Shown in pieces: positions 24,844-35,515 of a stretch of DNA of 64,000 bases. The DNA is from Iphione sp. A-MEVVRFRX5. Taxonomy: Eukaryota. The notes below the pieces were generated by a model that did no database searches, was not told where the DNA came from, and saw only the letters and a list, made by a program, of their open reading frames with translations. Every line of letters begins with the position of its first letter. Position 1 is the stretch's first letter. The stretch is from NCBI GenBank assembly GCA_976226885.1, contig OZ320315.1:35774001-35838000 (forward strand), read 5' to 3'. The position numbers and the translations under genes are program-made.

Positions 24844-27800
24844 TTCTGTCACACTGACACACCTACAACAACCACGGGGGTCAACTGGTGGAACTGTAAC
24901 ATTCAACTCTGAGGACGTCCGAGGTGCGTCCGTGACAATAACAACGGGTGTCAACTGGTGGAACTGTAACATTCAACTTTGAGGACGTCCGAGGTGTGTC
25001 CGTGACAAGTACAGAGGGGGTCAACTCCTGGAAACGTAACATTCAACTTTGAGGACGTCCGAGGTGTGTCCGTGACAAGTACAGAGGGGGTCAACTCCTG
25101 GAAACGTAACATTCAACTGTAAGGACGTCCGAGATCTGTCTCCGACGCAACTGTCTCCTTTATTGTCATTGTGACTATTCCTGGGATTACTTACAATGAC
25201 TTTGTGTCTGGCAGCCCTGACCAATACACTCTGCTACTGCTGGAGGTGCCCCTGCTGCTGCTGAAGGGGCCCTAGCTGCTGCTGCTGAAGGTGCCCCTGC
25301 TGCTGCTGGAGGTGCCCTAGCTGCTGCTGCTGAAGGTGCCCTAGCTGCTGCTGCTGAAGGTGTCCTAGCTGCTGCTGCTGGAGGTGCCCCTGCTGCTGCT
25401 GAAGGTGCCCTAGCTGCTGCTGCTGGAGGTGCCCTTGCTGCTGCTGGAGGTGCCCCTGCTGCTGCTACTGGAGGTGCTGGCCCTTCTACTTGGAAGGTAG
25501 GCTGCCTGTTTCCAATTGATTGTACACATACTAATACTAGTGGGTCTCCACAAGGGTCACTTATGGGAATCATATGGGTTGTCTTGGTTTTTTTTTTATA
25601 AAGACTTAACATCAGTTTAATACCTTATGACATTACTTTTCATCTCAGATGTTACTTTCATTTAGAGAAAAATCAACTGCATATAGGTAGGTAAACTTGA
25701 TAGACTGGCATGGAAAAGAAAAACATTAATTGTCATTAACTTCCAGTAATATTTCTATTCACCTTATGATATTACTTTTCAACCAAAATCTTACTAACAT
25801 TTATATATAAAAACAACAAAGAGGTCTTCTTTCAAATAAAAGCATCTTTTATTCTTGATTAAATATCTTTAATATATATATATAACAAGTGTAAACAGTA
25901 AAAACAAATGTAAAAGAATCAAAATGTCAACAAGTGTAAACAAAAATAACAAGAATAAAAAAAAAAACTGTCTGGGTTAAATAATGTTCAATGTCCTTTT
26001 TAAAAAAATAAAAAATTCTTAGAAGAAGCCCATGAGGGCATCCATTATTGACTTATGCAGGTCATCTGCTGCTGCCGCTACCGCCTCTTCCTGTGGAACT
26101 GCAGGGTGGAGGAGGACCATCAAGTCCTCCTCCAACACCTCCCACACCCCATCTGTATCCTGGTGCAACGTAGGGGTGTGGGAGGCCCCTGGTGTCTCCT
26201 CCTCCTCCTCACTGTCAGAGTCAATCACAATTGGTGGCTCCACTTGCCAGTCTGCCGGTGGCCACTCAATGGCCGGCCACTGCATTTCCACCTGCTGTTG
26301 CTGTTGCTGTTGCTGTGGTAGCTGTGGTGGCTGCTGTTGCTGTTGCTGTGGTAGCTGTGGTGGCTGCTGTTGCTGTTGCTGTTGCTCCTGGAGTGCAGCC
26401 ACCTCCTCCTCCACCAGCACTATTCTCTGCTGAGTGATCCTCAGCTGCTGGTGGAGGAGGGCTAAAAGGGCAGCATCTGCCCCAGCCTCTTGGTGGCGCA
26501 GGAGGATGTATGCTTGCTCTGAAATAGAACAAAGAGTGTGACTGAGTAGTGCATCCCTTATATGTTTCCTGTACATAATCAGATTAGGTCAGGTACTGTT
26601 AGCCTAGGGGTGTCTGTGACATTAACAACAGGGGGGACACCTACTACAAGTGTAACATTCATCAAAAACAACGTGCGGTGTATGTGAGTCATATTTACGA
26701 GAAGGGACACCAGCAACAAGTGTAACATTCCACCTAAAATACGTGGGTGGGGTGTCCGTGACATTAACAACAGGGGGGACACCTACTACAAGTGTAACAT
26801 TCATCAAAAACAACGTGCGGTGTATGTGAGTCATATTTACGAGAAGGGGCACCAGCAACAAGTGTAACATTCCACCTAAAATACATGGGTGGGGTGTCCG
26901 TGACATTAACAACAGGGGGGACACCTACTACAAGTGTAACATTCATCAAAAACAACGTGCGGTGTATGTGAGTCATATTTACGAGAAGGGGCACCAGCAA
27001 CAAGTGTAACATTCCACCTAAAATACGTGGGTGGGGTGTCCGTGACATTAACAACAGGGGGGACACCTACTACAAGTGTAACATTCATCAAAAACAACGT
27101 GCGGTGTATGTGAGTCATATTTACGAGAAGGGGCACCAGCAACAAGTGTAACATTCCACCTAAAATACGTGGGTGGGGTGTCCGTGACATTAACAACAGG
27201 GGGGACACCTACTACAAGTGTAACATTCATCAAAAACAACGTGCGGTGTATGTGAGTCATATTTACGAGAAGGGGCACCAGCAACAAGTGTAACATTCCA
27301 CCTAAAATACGTGGGTGGGGTGTCCGTGACATTAACAACAGGGGGGACACCTACTACAAGTGTAACATTCAGCAAAAACAACGTATGTGTCAGTCACATA
27401 TATCATGAGGGGCATCTAGAATGAGGTTATATTATAAGTCAAACTTACCAGCAGCCTTGCGCCGCGCGCGGCGGAGGCGCTGCTTTGCTGCCTCCAATTG
27501 ATGGTATAATGGCTGCCTCTGCTTGGCAGCCCTCCATTTAGCCGTTCTGACCTTCCCGGGGGTGGGGTTTCCACGAGGCATTTTGCTGTAATGGAAAAGT
27601 CACACAACTGAGAACAGTCTTCAATAGCTGGGTTTTTTTTTTGTTGTTTTTTAAGCTTCTGCACTCACATCTGATGTAGTAGGGTGAGAGGAGTAAGATG
27701 TTCTTTGAATTTTCCAAAACAATACATAAATCAGCCAGTTATGACCAAAAATGTCTCCAACAATTTCATGTCAGTGGCAGTCTAAGCCAAGAAGTGAGCT

Positions 27801-29545
27801 GACCTACATTCAACTTGTTATTTTCATCAAATATTTCAGGATTGAGCTGCTAATGTATGTTAAACTACTGTCCTGTATGTGCTATGTACCTATATGCACA
27901 CTATGACTATGATTCTGGACAGAGAACATCAAAATAGCACAAGATTTTCCCAAAAATTGATGAGTGAAATTAAAAGTTACACTTTCTGCTGAAGGGGCAG
28001 ATCTGGTTCTTTAATCCGGATTCAACCAGCCGTGACCGGAAATCCATTTCCGGTGCAGTTTAAAAAAATGTTCGTAGGTGACAGTGTGGAGCTCAGAAAT
28101 CAGTTACGTATGTCTGAGACGCTTTCCTGTCGCAAAAACCTTCTAAACCGTGACATAAGTAATGATAATATGTTCAGGAATCAACTGTGACAGTTTCACC
28201 AAAAAATGAAAAATCTAAACCCTGGAGCGATTGATTACTTAAGGCTCTCGCACGCTACTGTCAGGGACAGGCTAGGTCAGTCCGCTGGGCAGCTACCCTT
28301 GCCATAGAAAAACACTGCAAACAGACACTTCCAGACATGCAAACGTGACAAAATGTGAGATGAGTACAGAAGACATGTGTAAGAAATGACTGTGACAATT
28401 ACAGGTGGAAAAAAAAATTCTACATGTCTGTGCGAGTAAAAACGTCACGGCCCATACGCAACTGTCAGCATCCACCACCGGGACCGCTGTCACAACCTCC
28501 ACCTCGCCCTCGAAAACCCTCCCGACAAGAGACTTCCAGACATGCAAACGTGACAAAATGTGAGATGAGTACAGAAGACATGTGTAAGAAATGACTGTGA
28601 CAATTACAGGTGGAAAAAAAAATTCTACATGTCTGTGCGAGTAAAAACGTCACGGCCCATACGCAACTGTCCGCACCCACCACCGGGACCGCTGTCACAA
28701 CCTCCACCTCGCCCTCGAAAACCCTCCCGAAAAGAGACTTCCAGACATGCAAACGTGACAAAATGTGAGATGAGTATAGAAGACATGTGTAAGAAATGAC
28801 TGTGACAATTACAGGTGAAAAAAAAAATTCTATATGTCTGTGCGAGTAAAAACGTCACGGCCCATACGCAACTGTCACCGATTCGCTGCAGCTGTGCTCA
28901 AAACGGGACTGATACACACATCTCTACACATGCAGACTTGATGAGACCTGATATAAGTGGAAGAAAAATGGAGAAGATAACTTACTTCGACTTTCTTCTT
29001 CTCTTTGGAGGAGGTGGAGCACTGCGGGGTTTGGGTGCCTTCCTCACCGGCCTCACTCTAGGATTCACTACCCCGGCTGGCAGAGGGTCAGGGTAGTCGT
29101 CTGTTGGGCCATCGCCACCAACAAAATGCTGAAAGAAGACAAACTTTCCATTAAAATTTCATTATCAATTATTATTCTTTTCATTTCAATTATTTTTTCT
29201 ATCACACATATAACTAGCATGACATAGATGACCTTCAAACTGTTAACAATGACAGTACTGACAGCTAGGATATCATGACTCACACAAACTACACAGATAT
29301 CACTTTCATTCAAATTATGTGTTATTAGACTAGACAGACATACTTACCTTGGAACAGACATATCTGTTGGTCTTGATTTTCTTGACGTTGAGTTTCTTGT
29401 GAGGCCGGCCACAGAGCTTGATCCACCTCATGCACTTCTCAAGCTCTGTGCCTGGTTTGGGGAAGGTCACCCAAGATAACCCTGCCATCCTCTCAGGGTA
29501 CCTGCTATCGTTCGTACATCCACCCCACTCGCAGTGTATAACCAT
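22749..29545 (-). CDS. THAP-HTH-DDE transposase (DDE_Tnp_4 / Harbinger-like), 597 aa
   Basis: Exons 29545-29348, 29128-28986, 25505-25195, 23890-22749 (1,794 nt, phases 0,2,1). THAP MVIHCEWGGC...VCSK|HFVGGDGPTDDYPDP, HTH LLLVLSRLRLG...LGHRYGIS, catalytic ILDGTE / VMVDKGF / RVHVERAI. The Ala/Pro exon 3 is inferred from phase compatibility only. Confidence 0.87.
24872..25133 (-). repeat. Same 70-bp minisatellite in inverted orientation, ~3.7 copies
   Basis: attcaac recurs at 24901, 24971, 25041 and 25111. The unit is the reverse complement of the 21458-22703 unit. Confidence 0.95.
25234..25476 (-). repeat. 21-24-bp coding tandem repeat (AAAG/RAP[P/S]) in the putative transposase exon 3
   Basis: Repeated gaaggtgccc(c/t)agctgctgct units that keep the reading frame. 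Confidence 0.85.
26019..27581 (-). CDS. Third transposon gene, unknown 210-aa protein (basic N-terminus, coiled coil, polyQ, acidic SIM-like tail)
   Basis: ATG at 27581. Exon 27581-27449 (donor GTAAGT) plus exon 26518-26019 (acceptor gttctatttcag), both phase 1, 633 nt open. AATAAA downstream near 25850. Confidence 0.65.
26607..27414. repeat. 142-bp tandem repeat, ~5.6 copies, in the intron of the third gene
   Basis: gtccgtgac at 26754, 26896, 27038, 27180 and 27322. The unit is internally a dimer, with GTAACATTC occurring twice. Confidence 0.95.
28325..28878. repeat. ~204-bp tandem repeat, ~2.7 copies, in transposase intron 2
   Basis: acttccagacatgc at 28328, 28532 and 28737. Confidence 0.93.
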
Positions 29546-29648
29546 TTTGGGCTGTGACAAGTACACAAAATTGATAAAAAAGGCGAAAACTGTCTCGGAC
29601 GATGCGTACGCGTGGTGCTGTCAGGACACTGTCACGGACGAGAAGGGC

Positions 29649-29676
29649 TTTGTTTGTCTATGCCGGAAGCACGTGT
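29649..29676 (-). promoter_or_regulatory. 28-bp subterminal inverted repeat (right)
   Basis: TTTGTTTGTCTATGCCGGAAGCACGTGT, about 100 bp upstream of the transposase ATG. Confidence 0.55.
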
Positions 29677-32600
29677 ACCGATTTCGAAACTGGCGCGCCA
29701 AACTAGGTCGCGCGCGCTGATTGGCCGAGACGCCTGTCACTCACGGAAAAGCGATCGGTGAATTGGTATATATGGCCCCATGGCACTGGGTAATTTTGGT
29801 AGTAATTCAAATATTTTGAAGGTGAAATTATACCAATTTTACTCTTTTCCTAACACACCTACAAACATACATACCTGGTTCAGGGGTTCTTAGGTCTGAC
29901 AATGCACATACATATACACTCAGTGCTCAGTCATGCAGAACCGAGGGTTTGTAGCAGTCTGGTGCTCAGTGAGGCAGAACCGAGGGGGCTGTGCCCAGTC
30001 AGGCAGAACCAAGAGTTGTAAACCTGAAGGACTTAAACAAGTCTAGCCAACTACCCTCAAAACAAGCGGCCAATCAAGGTGGTTGTAAGGAGAGAGAGAC
30101 ACTACACACACACACACACTCATTTTCTCTCTCTTTCTCTCCCCCCCCCCCTACATCTTTATGGGCAGTTGATGGCGGGGGGGGGGGGGGACAATAGACC
30201 TCACAGGTCCACACTCTTGTTCACATGGCGACACCCCCTGCTACAAAGAGACAATCTTTGACAGTTGAAGTTAAACCTCAGCGTTGTGAAAGCAGTACAG
30301 TAGACGCCGAGGTCGTGGTCACGCCAGCATACAACACACCTCGCACATACAGCCAGTTGAGCTTGATAAATGCAACTAGCGCCTCCATCCAACGGTCATC
30401 AATGAAAACTTTTTTTATCTACTTTTGTACCACTCAGCAAGAGTTCTTTACCTGTTCCTGGCATCTCACCAAGGCGTGACCCAAGGCGTTGACTCCTGTG
30501 GGCTCAACCAACCCAGGTGCAACTCAAGTCACACATGAGCCTTAAGCCTGCGCTGTACTGTATGAACAACAGTGACCCATCACTGGGAGGCCCGGACATT
30601 GTCCAACGTTTTATTGCATTGTAGCTGCGTTGATTTGGAGGTTAAATATAATGCAGAGGATCGCGTTTATTGCCCACTGATCAATTACATGTATGTCGTT
30701 GATTGCTAGCACTACTATAACCCTAGCACATTTCCCGACTACAAGTCGTAGTCTTTTTATGCTAAGCGATGGGTCAGTCGAGTTCATCTTAATAAGCATC
30801 CAGAGTATGGACCTAGTGTCTGCTTGTTTGCAAGAAATATATGTCGATTATATACCTAACATATGCCTTGACTACTCTTATATAGTCCAAGTATAATATA
30901 GAAGCGAAAATCAGTTTAGAGTAAGTAACTCATCCTGCGGGAAACTCAATTAGGAGAGCAACCGTATATTAAGGACACTTTTTTGGTAGACCCAATACTA
31001 CAAAATATACATGTATAAGTAAACCAACCCTGTGATAAGGGCAAAATTGGATGTTCCCTCCAGTGGTCGCATTAAAGGGTGGCTACTATGATATTCATCA
31101 ATATGTATTACCCTGCACCAATGTGGTGACTTGCGAATCCCGTCAAATAAGCCTGAAACCAAATTTGACTATACTGGTATAACGAGGGGACACTGTACTT
31201 CCCTTACAAATCAGGTAGTTCAGATGTGTCGTTTTGACATATCAGGTAGATATCAAGTCATTCTCTACTAAGTATTTACATGCTTGATGCCTTAAAATAC
31301 GTTACTCAAAAAAAACCCACTAACTGTATTAGCGTCGATCTGCTATTTATACATGTATGATTTCGAGTATAACTATTGTATCTTATCTATGAACTGTTTC
31401 TCTTGCCACTTCCTTGTGATAAAATGTTTGCGGTAACACTCACACTGTGATACACAGACGTTTGCTTACTGTGGTGGTGCTGCATTACCCAGGTAGAGAA
31501 GTACTTAACGGTCTTTTCTGAGTGCTTATTTTTAGCTTGTTAAACATTATCAAAATGACATAAGCTACTATATGGCACTGATACCGCGTAAAGAGTGAAT
31601 GATTCTTGGCTATGAATATTTAACAAAGCTACTGTACTGATTACTAAAGATTGACTTGCCTTTCAGTGTCTGATGTTTGATCGCAAGACTAAACATGAGT
31701 ACACAATATTTTGTTTAATCATTTAACGTGCAATAGTCGGGTCTTCTTTTACTGGCATTATATTGAATATACATGACGCTAATTTAACTGTCATCGATCT
31801 ACAAGTGTGCTTTCATCCTGGTATGGAAATGTACCCTACCACGAAGATTAATCGCGGCAAATGATAACCTGCATGTATTTCAATAAATTATTTCCATATT
31901 CATATTGAGCCTCTTTTATTTCGTTGATGAATCATTATCATTGGAGATCAGCGTACTGGTCTCCAGTATATAAGCAGGGTAAAACGTGCTAGCCACGTCC
32001 CTCTACTGGGTGGTACTCTGGTGGGTTTCCAGTGTAAGGAGGGAGGGGGGGGGCCTCTACTTGGTCTGACCTTAACGTTGCTTTGGAGAGGCCGTGGATG
32101 TGGTTGGTGGGGGTTAAATGACCAGGGCATGCTCTAGGCATAAATAGCAGGAATGTCTGTGTGTGTACTGCCCTGATTTTCACAGTGTAGCTCACAGCTG
32201 CATCTTCCCTTAATACAGAGCTTAAGTATCATCTACAGGGAATTTAATTTTGAAGAAATGTCTACATTGCCATCTCCTTCATACCATGAAAATGTATATC
32301 ATTTCAATCGAATAAGCAATTTTTTCACACGACACTGAAGCAATGCATATTGCTCATATACAAGTCTTGAGGCATCCCAACTTCATCATTTACTTAGTTA
32401 GCTGGTGTGATTACAGCAACATGACGCCTCTTCTACTGTAAAGTTACTGACAATTCTGGTTGCCATACTTTAAGCTTCATAAAAAATAAATTATGGTTGA
32501 GATTCGTATAGAAACAGGGTTACACTCAAGGCTATAAATAAACTTGCCTCTGGCAAAATAGGCTTGTGCTGGCCATGTAAGTGTCTCATTTGTAATGCGA

Positions 32601-33122
32601 CCCCTCCGAACTTATATCAACCCATGGCAATAGATTTTATATGCCAACTTAAAAGTAATATACTTTGAGAAAATGTAATACTTAACGTAGGATAATTTAT
32701 ATAGTTCGAGTTAGAACAGTGACTTTCGACTCCTGAACAAAGCTTGTGCAATGCTCTTTAGCCTTCCTTTTGCTACGCTACTTCAATTTGGACCAAACGA
32801 CGTTATGTGAAGACTCCTTCTGCCCTGATCTCTGAGCACTGCCAGCTGTATACGAAGAAAACCTTCCGTTTCACATCGTCAGATTATATCTGGTGCATCG
32901 TCCCCATTTACCTCAGATAGCAGCAGATTATAAATGAATGCAACAGGCCTAAGTGACAAAGTGCCTGAAAGAATTCCTGAGATCACAGAGACAAAAACAG
33001 TAGCTAAGATCACTATAACACATTTTAATCAAACGACTGGCCAATCTATTCGATACAGCATGTAATAAATGGGAATCAACATATACTTGTCAACAGTATT
33101 TGATAAAACTTTCGTAAACAGC

Positions 33123-34694
33123 TTAACTTGCATTATTAGATTGTTTCTTCTTTTTAAGTTTCTTTTTCTTCTTCAATGGTGCGCTGAATGCTGCTGCCTC
33201 TTTCTTCGTTCCCTCGTCCACGTCACTCTCATCACTGGGGTCGACTACTGGCATCGCTGCGGTCTCCTCTCCTCCTTCCTCTTCAGCAGTCAGGTTCCAA
33301 TGTTTACTGACCACTGGGTTCTTCTTAAGGTTGAGTACCCGGTGTTCACGCTCACCACCCACGGCAATAAGTAAGGGCGAGTCCATGCAGGTGTCCACAC
33401 AGTGCAAGTCACCCATGTTCAGGCTCTTCTTGAGGACGAGGTCAGGTTGTGTCTGTCGAATGTCCCACACTTTCAACGTCTTGTCGGCCGAAACAGTCAC
33501 CACACAGCCGGGCAGATGGTGGTCGATGGCCAGACCAGTGGTGGCCTTAGCATGCGCCTCCCACGTCGCGACGGGTTCCTCTGTCCGCACGTCCATACAG
33601 AACACCTTGCCGTCCTCCGTTGCCGCCAAGAAATGATAAGGGCTGTGACGATTCCATCTCACCTGTTCCACGTCCGCAGACACCGACCAGCTCTTGTTGG
33701 ATTCGCTCGCACTGCGACAGTCAAACACGCGGGCCGTCTTATCAAAGGAACCCGCCAGAAGAGACTGGGGCTCGAAGGGATGCCATTCAATCGACTGAAC
33801 CTTCTCCTCCATGCTAATCGAGGAGGCCATCACCCCCTCCTGTAGGTCCCAAAGTCCGATAGAAGAGTCAGCCGAACCACTGGCCAGTACCTGGCGCTGC
33901 TTTTGGTTCCAGGACAAGGTCAGAACAGCATCACTGTGACCTTTCGCTGAGACTTTCTTCTTTTTCTTACCCTTCTTCTTGGATATCCCGGCCAGGGTGA
34001 AGGCTGGCTCCATCGCTTCAGTGACGTCCATATCCCAGATGTCAATTGATGGTTCCATTGAGCCCATCGCTAGGTAGTTGCCAGGCTTACTTTCACTTGG
34101 GTCGAAATCGAGCCACTCAATGGCGAGAGGAAAAACTGGGAGCAGGACATCGTGATGACAATACATGTTTGATGCCTCCTCCTCGTATACATGGACTTCC
34201 AGAGTGTTGTAGTCCCCGTGGACTTTTGCGACAGCTATCAAACTATCGTCTGGAAGTATTTCTAGCTCTTCTGCTTCACTATCTTCGTCTTCATCATCTA
34301 AATATGGATCATCTTTGCTACTGGGAAATGAAGTTATTCCACCAACAGCTAGCGGAGCTTCTTCGTCACTGTTTTCCTCGTCATAATCATCCAACCCATA
34401 TTTCTTTGCTACATCCTCTTCGGATTCCGACTCACCACTCGTATCACTCTGTTCCTCCGTTTTTTCTTCCACGTGAGACTTCTCTTTTCGTCCCTTCTTT
34501 CTTTTTTGCGCACTGCCTTCCCCGGGAACATTATCGTCGTTGTCAGATGAACGGTCACTATCTTCCAATTCTTCTAGTTTATCACCATGTTCACCTATTA
34601 ACCTTTTCAGGTCATTTGCATCAAGTTTAACACGGTCAGGATTTCGTTTGGCAACACCACGACGTATCCATTTTATACAAGGTACAACATTCAT
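33123..34694 (-). CDS. PWP1: Periodic tryptophan protein 1 homologue (WD40), 523 aa, intronless CDS
   Basis: N-terminus MNVVPCIKWIRRGVAK, acidic region with KYGLDDYD, LEVHVYEEEASNMYCHHDVLLPVFPLAIEWL, WD40 repeats (GHSDAVLTLSW, LASGSADSSIGLWDL), Lys-rich C-terminus. Confidence 0.93.
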   Translation of the reverse strand: MNVVPCIKWIRRGVAKRNPDRVKLDANDLKRLIGEHGDKLEELEDSDRSSDNDDNVPGEGSAQKRKKGRKEKSHVEEKTEEQSDTSGESESEEDVAKKYGLDDYDEENSDEEAPLAVGGITSFPSSKDDPYLDDEDEDSEAEELEILPDDSLIAVAKVHGDYNTLEVHVYEEEASNMYCHHDVLLPVFPLAIEWLDFDPSESKPGNYLAMGSMEPSIDIWDMDVTEAMEPAFTLAGISKKKGKKKKKVSAKGHSDAVLTLSWNQKQRQVLASGSADSSIGLWDLQEGVMASSISMEEKVQSIEWHPFEPQSLLAGSFDKTARVFDCRSASESNKSWSVSADVEQVRWNRHSPYHFLAATEDGKVFCMDVRTEEPVATWEAHAKATTGLAIDHHLPGCVVTVSADKTLKVWDIRQTQPDLVLKKSLNMGDLHCVDTCMDSPLLIAVGGEREHRVLNLKKNPVVSKHWNLTAEEEGGEETAAMPVVDPSDESDVDEGTKKEAAAFSAPLKKKKKLKKKKQSNNAS

Positions 34695-35045
34695 ACTTTA
34701 TACTTGGCTTCGAGAACTTACAGACGAAAGACACTTACAGAACTGCCAGACAACCGTCTCTCTCTAATACACTGAACTGACACATACACCAACACGTGCA
34801 ATTTTACAATTTCAATGGGCATCCGCCCTTTATTTCTGAAGAATCCATACAGTTTGTATTGTGGATGCTTTTTGGGTTTTACATGGTATATATGAACAAG
34901 AGTAAAAACAAGTAACATAACATAAGCAGGCCCTAACTTCGTCTGGTTGTGAAACAATCCTTTCATAGAGGTTAGTGGAGAAGGAAACCTGGTAATAGTA
35001 TACATCCAGTGATATTAGAGTGCCCAACTGAAGGATAAGAAGAAC

Positions 35046-35515
35046 ACTTCTTCGTGGAGAGGATTTCTCAGGGAAGATGACCAGTTAGAAGTGTCCAGGT
35101 TAGAGGACAAGCAGGGCCCCTCTTCCTGGAAAGGATTTCTCAGAGAAGATGACCAGTCATAAGTGCCCAATTTGGAGGACAAGGAGAGCCCTTCTTTCTG
35201 GAAAGGATTTCTCAGAGAAGATGACAATCATAAGCGGCTCATGAGAACGATGTATAGACATTTCTCTTCTCAGAAAGGAATACTCAGAGAAGATGACCAC
35301 TGAGGTGGTCGGTGGACATAAAGTCGTTCACGTACATGATTGACAATAATCATAGACAAATTGCCATGGCTGTGCCAAAGACCGCTTGGGCTGATATAAG
35401 GAAAGCCCTTCTTCCTGGAAAGGATTTCTCAGAGAAGATGACAATCAGAAGCGGCTCATGAGAACAATGTATAGGAATTTCTCTTCTCGGAAAGGAATGC
35501 TCAGAGAAGATGACT
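35046..35515. repeat. Diverged ~72-bp repeat in the LINE 3' UTR
   Basis: tcttcctggaaaggatttctcagagaagatgac-like core, six times. Confidence 0.8.

Larger units (their letters stand above)
19672..29761. mobile_element. ISL2EU-type (PHIS / PIF-Harbinger-related) autonomous DNA transposon, 10,090 bp
   Basis: TIRs TCACCGATCGCTT (19672-19684) and AAGCGATCGGTGA (29749-29761). AT on both sides, while the empty site in copy 1 (gatATtggta, 14211-14220) has a single AT. Encodes a THAP-HTH-DDE transposase and a YqaJ exonuclease, the gene pair I know from ISL2EU. Confidence 0.88.
19538..30221 (+). mobile_element. HINE-like element copy 2, interrupted by the ISL2EU transposon
   Basis: 19538-19671 and 29762-30221 join into a sequence colinear with 14084-14738. 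Confidence 0.8.

Noticed and set aside
27416-27664. Alternative open frame over the third gene's first exon, as an extra transposase exon
   Set aside because: Splicing it from transposase exon 1 or 2 leads to a stop within this exon or shortly into the next one.
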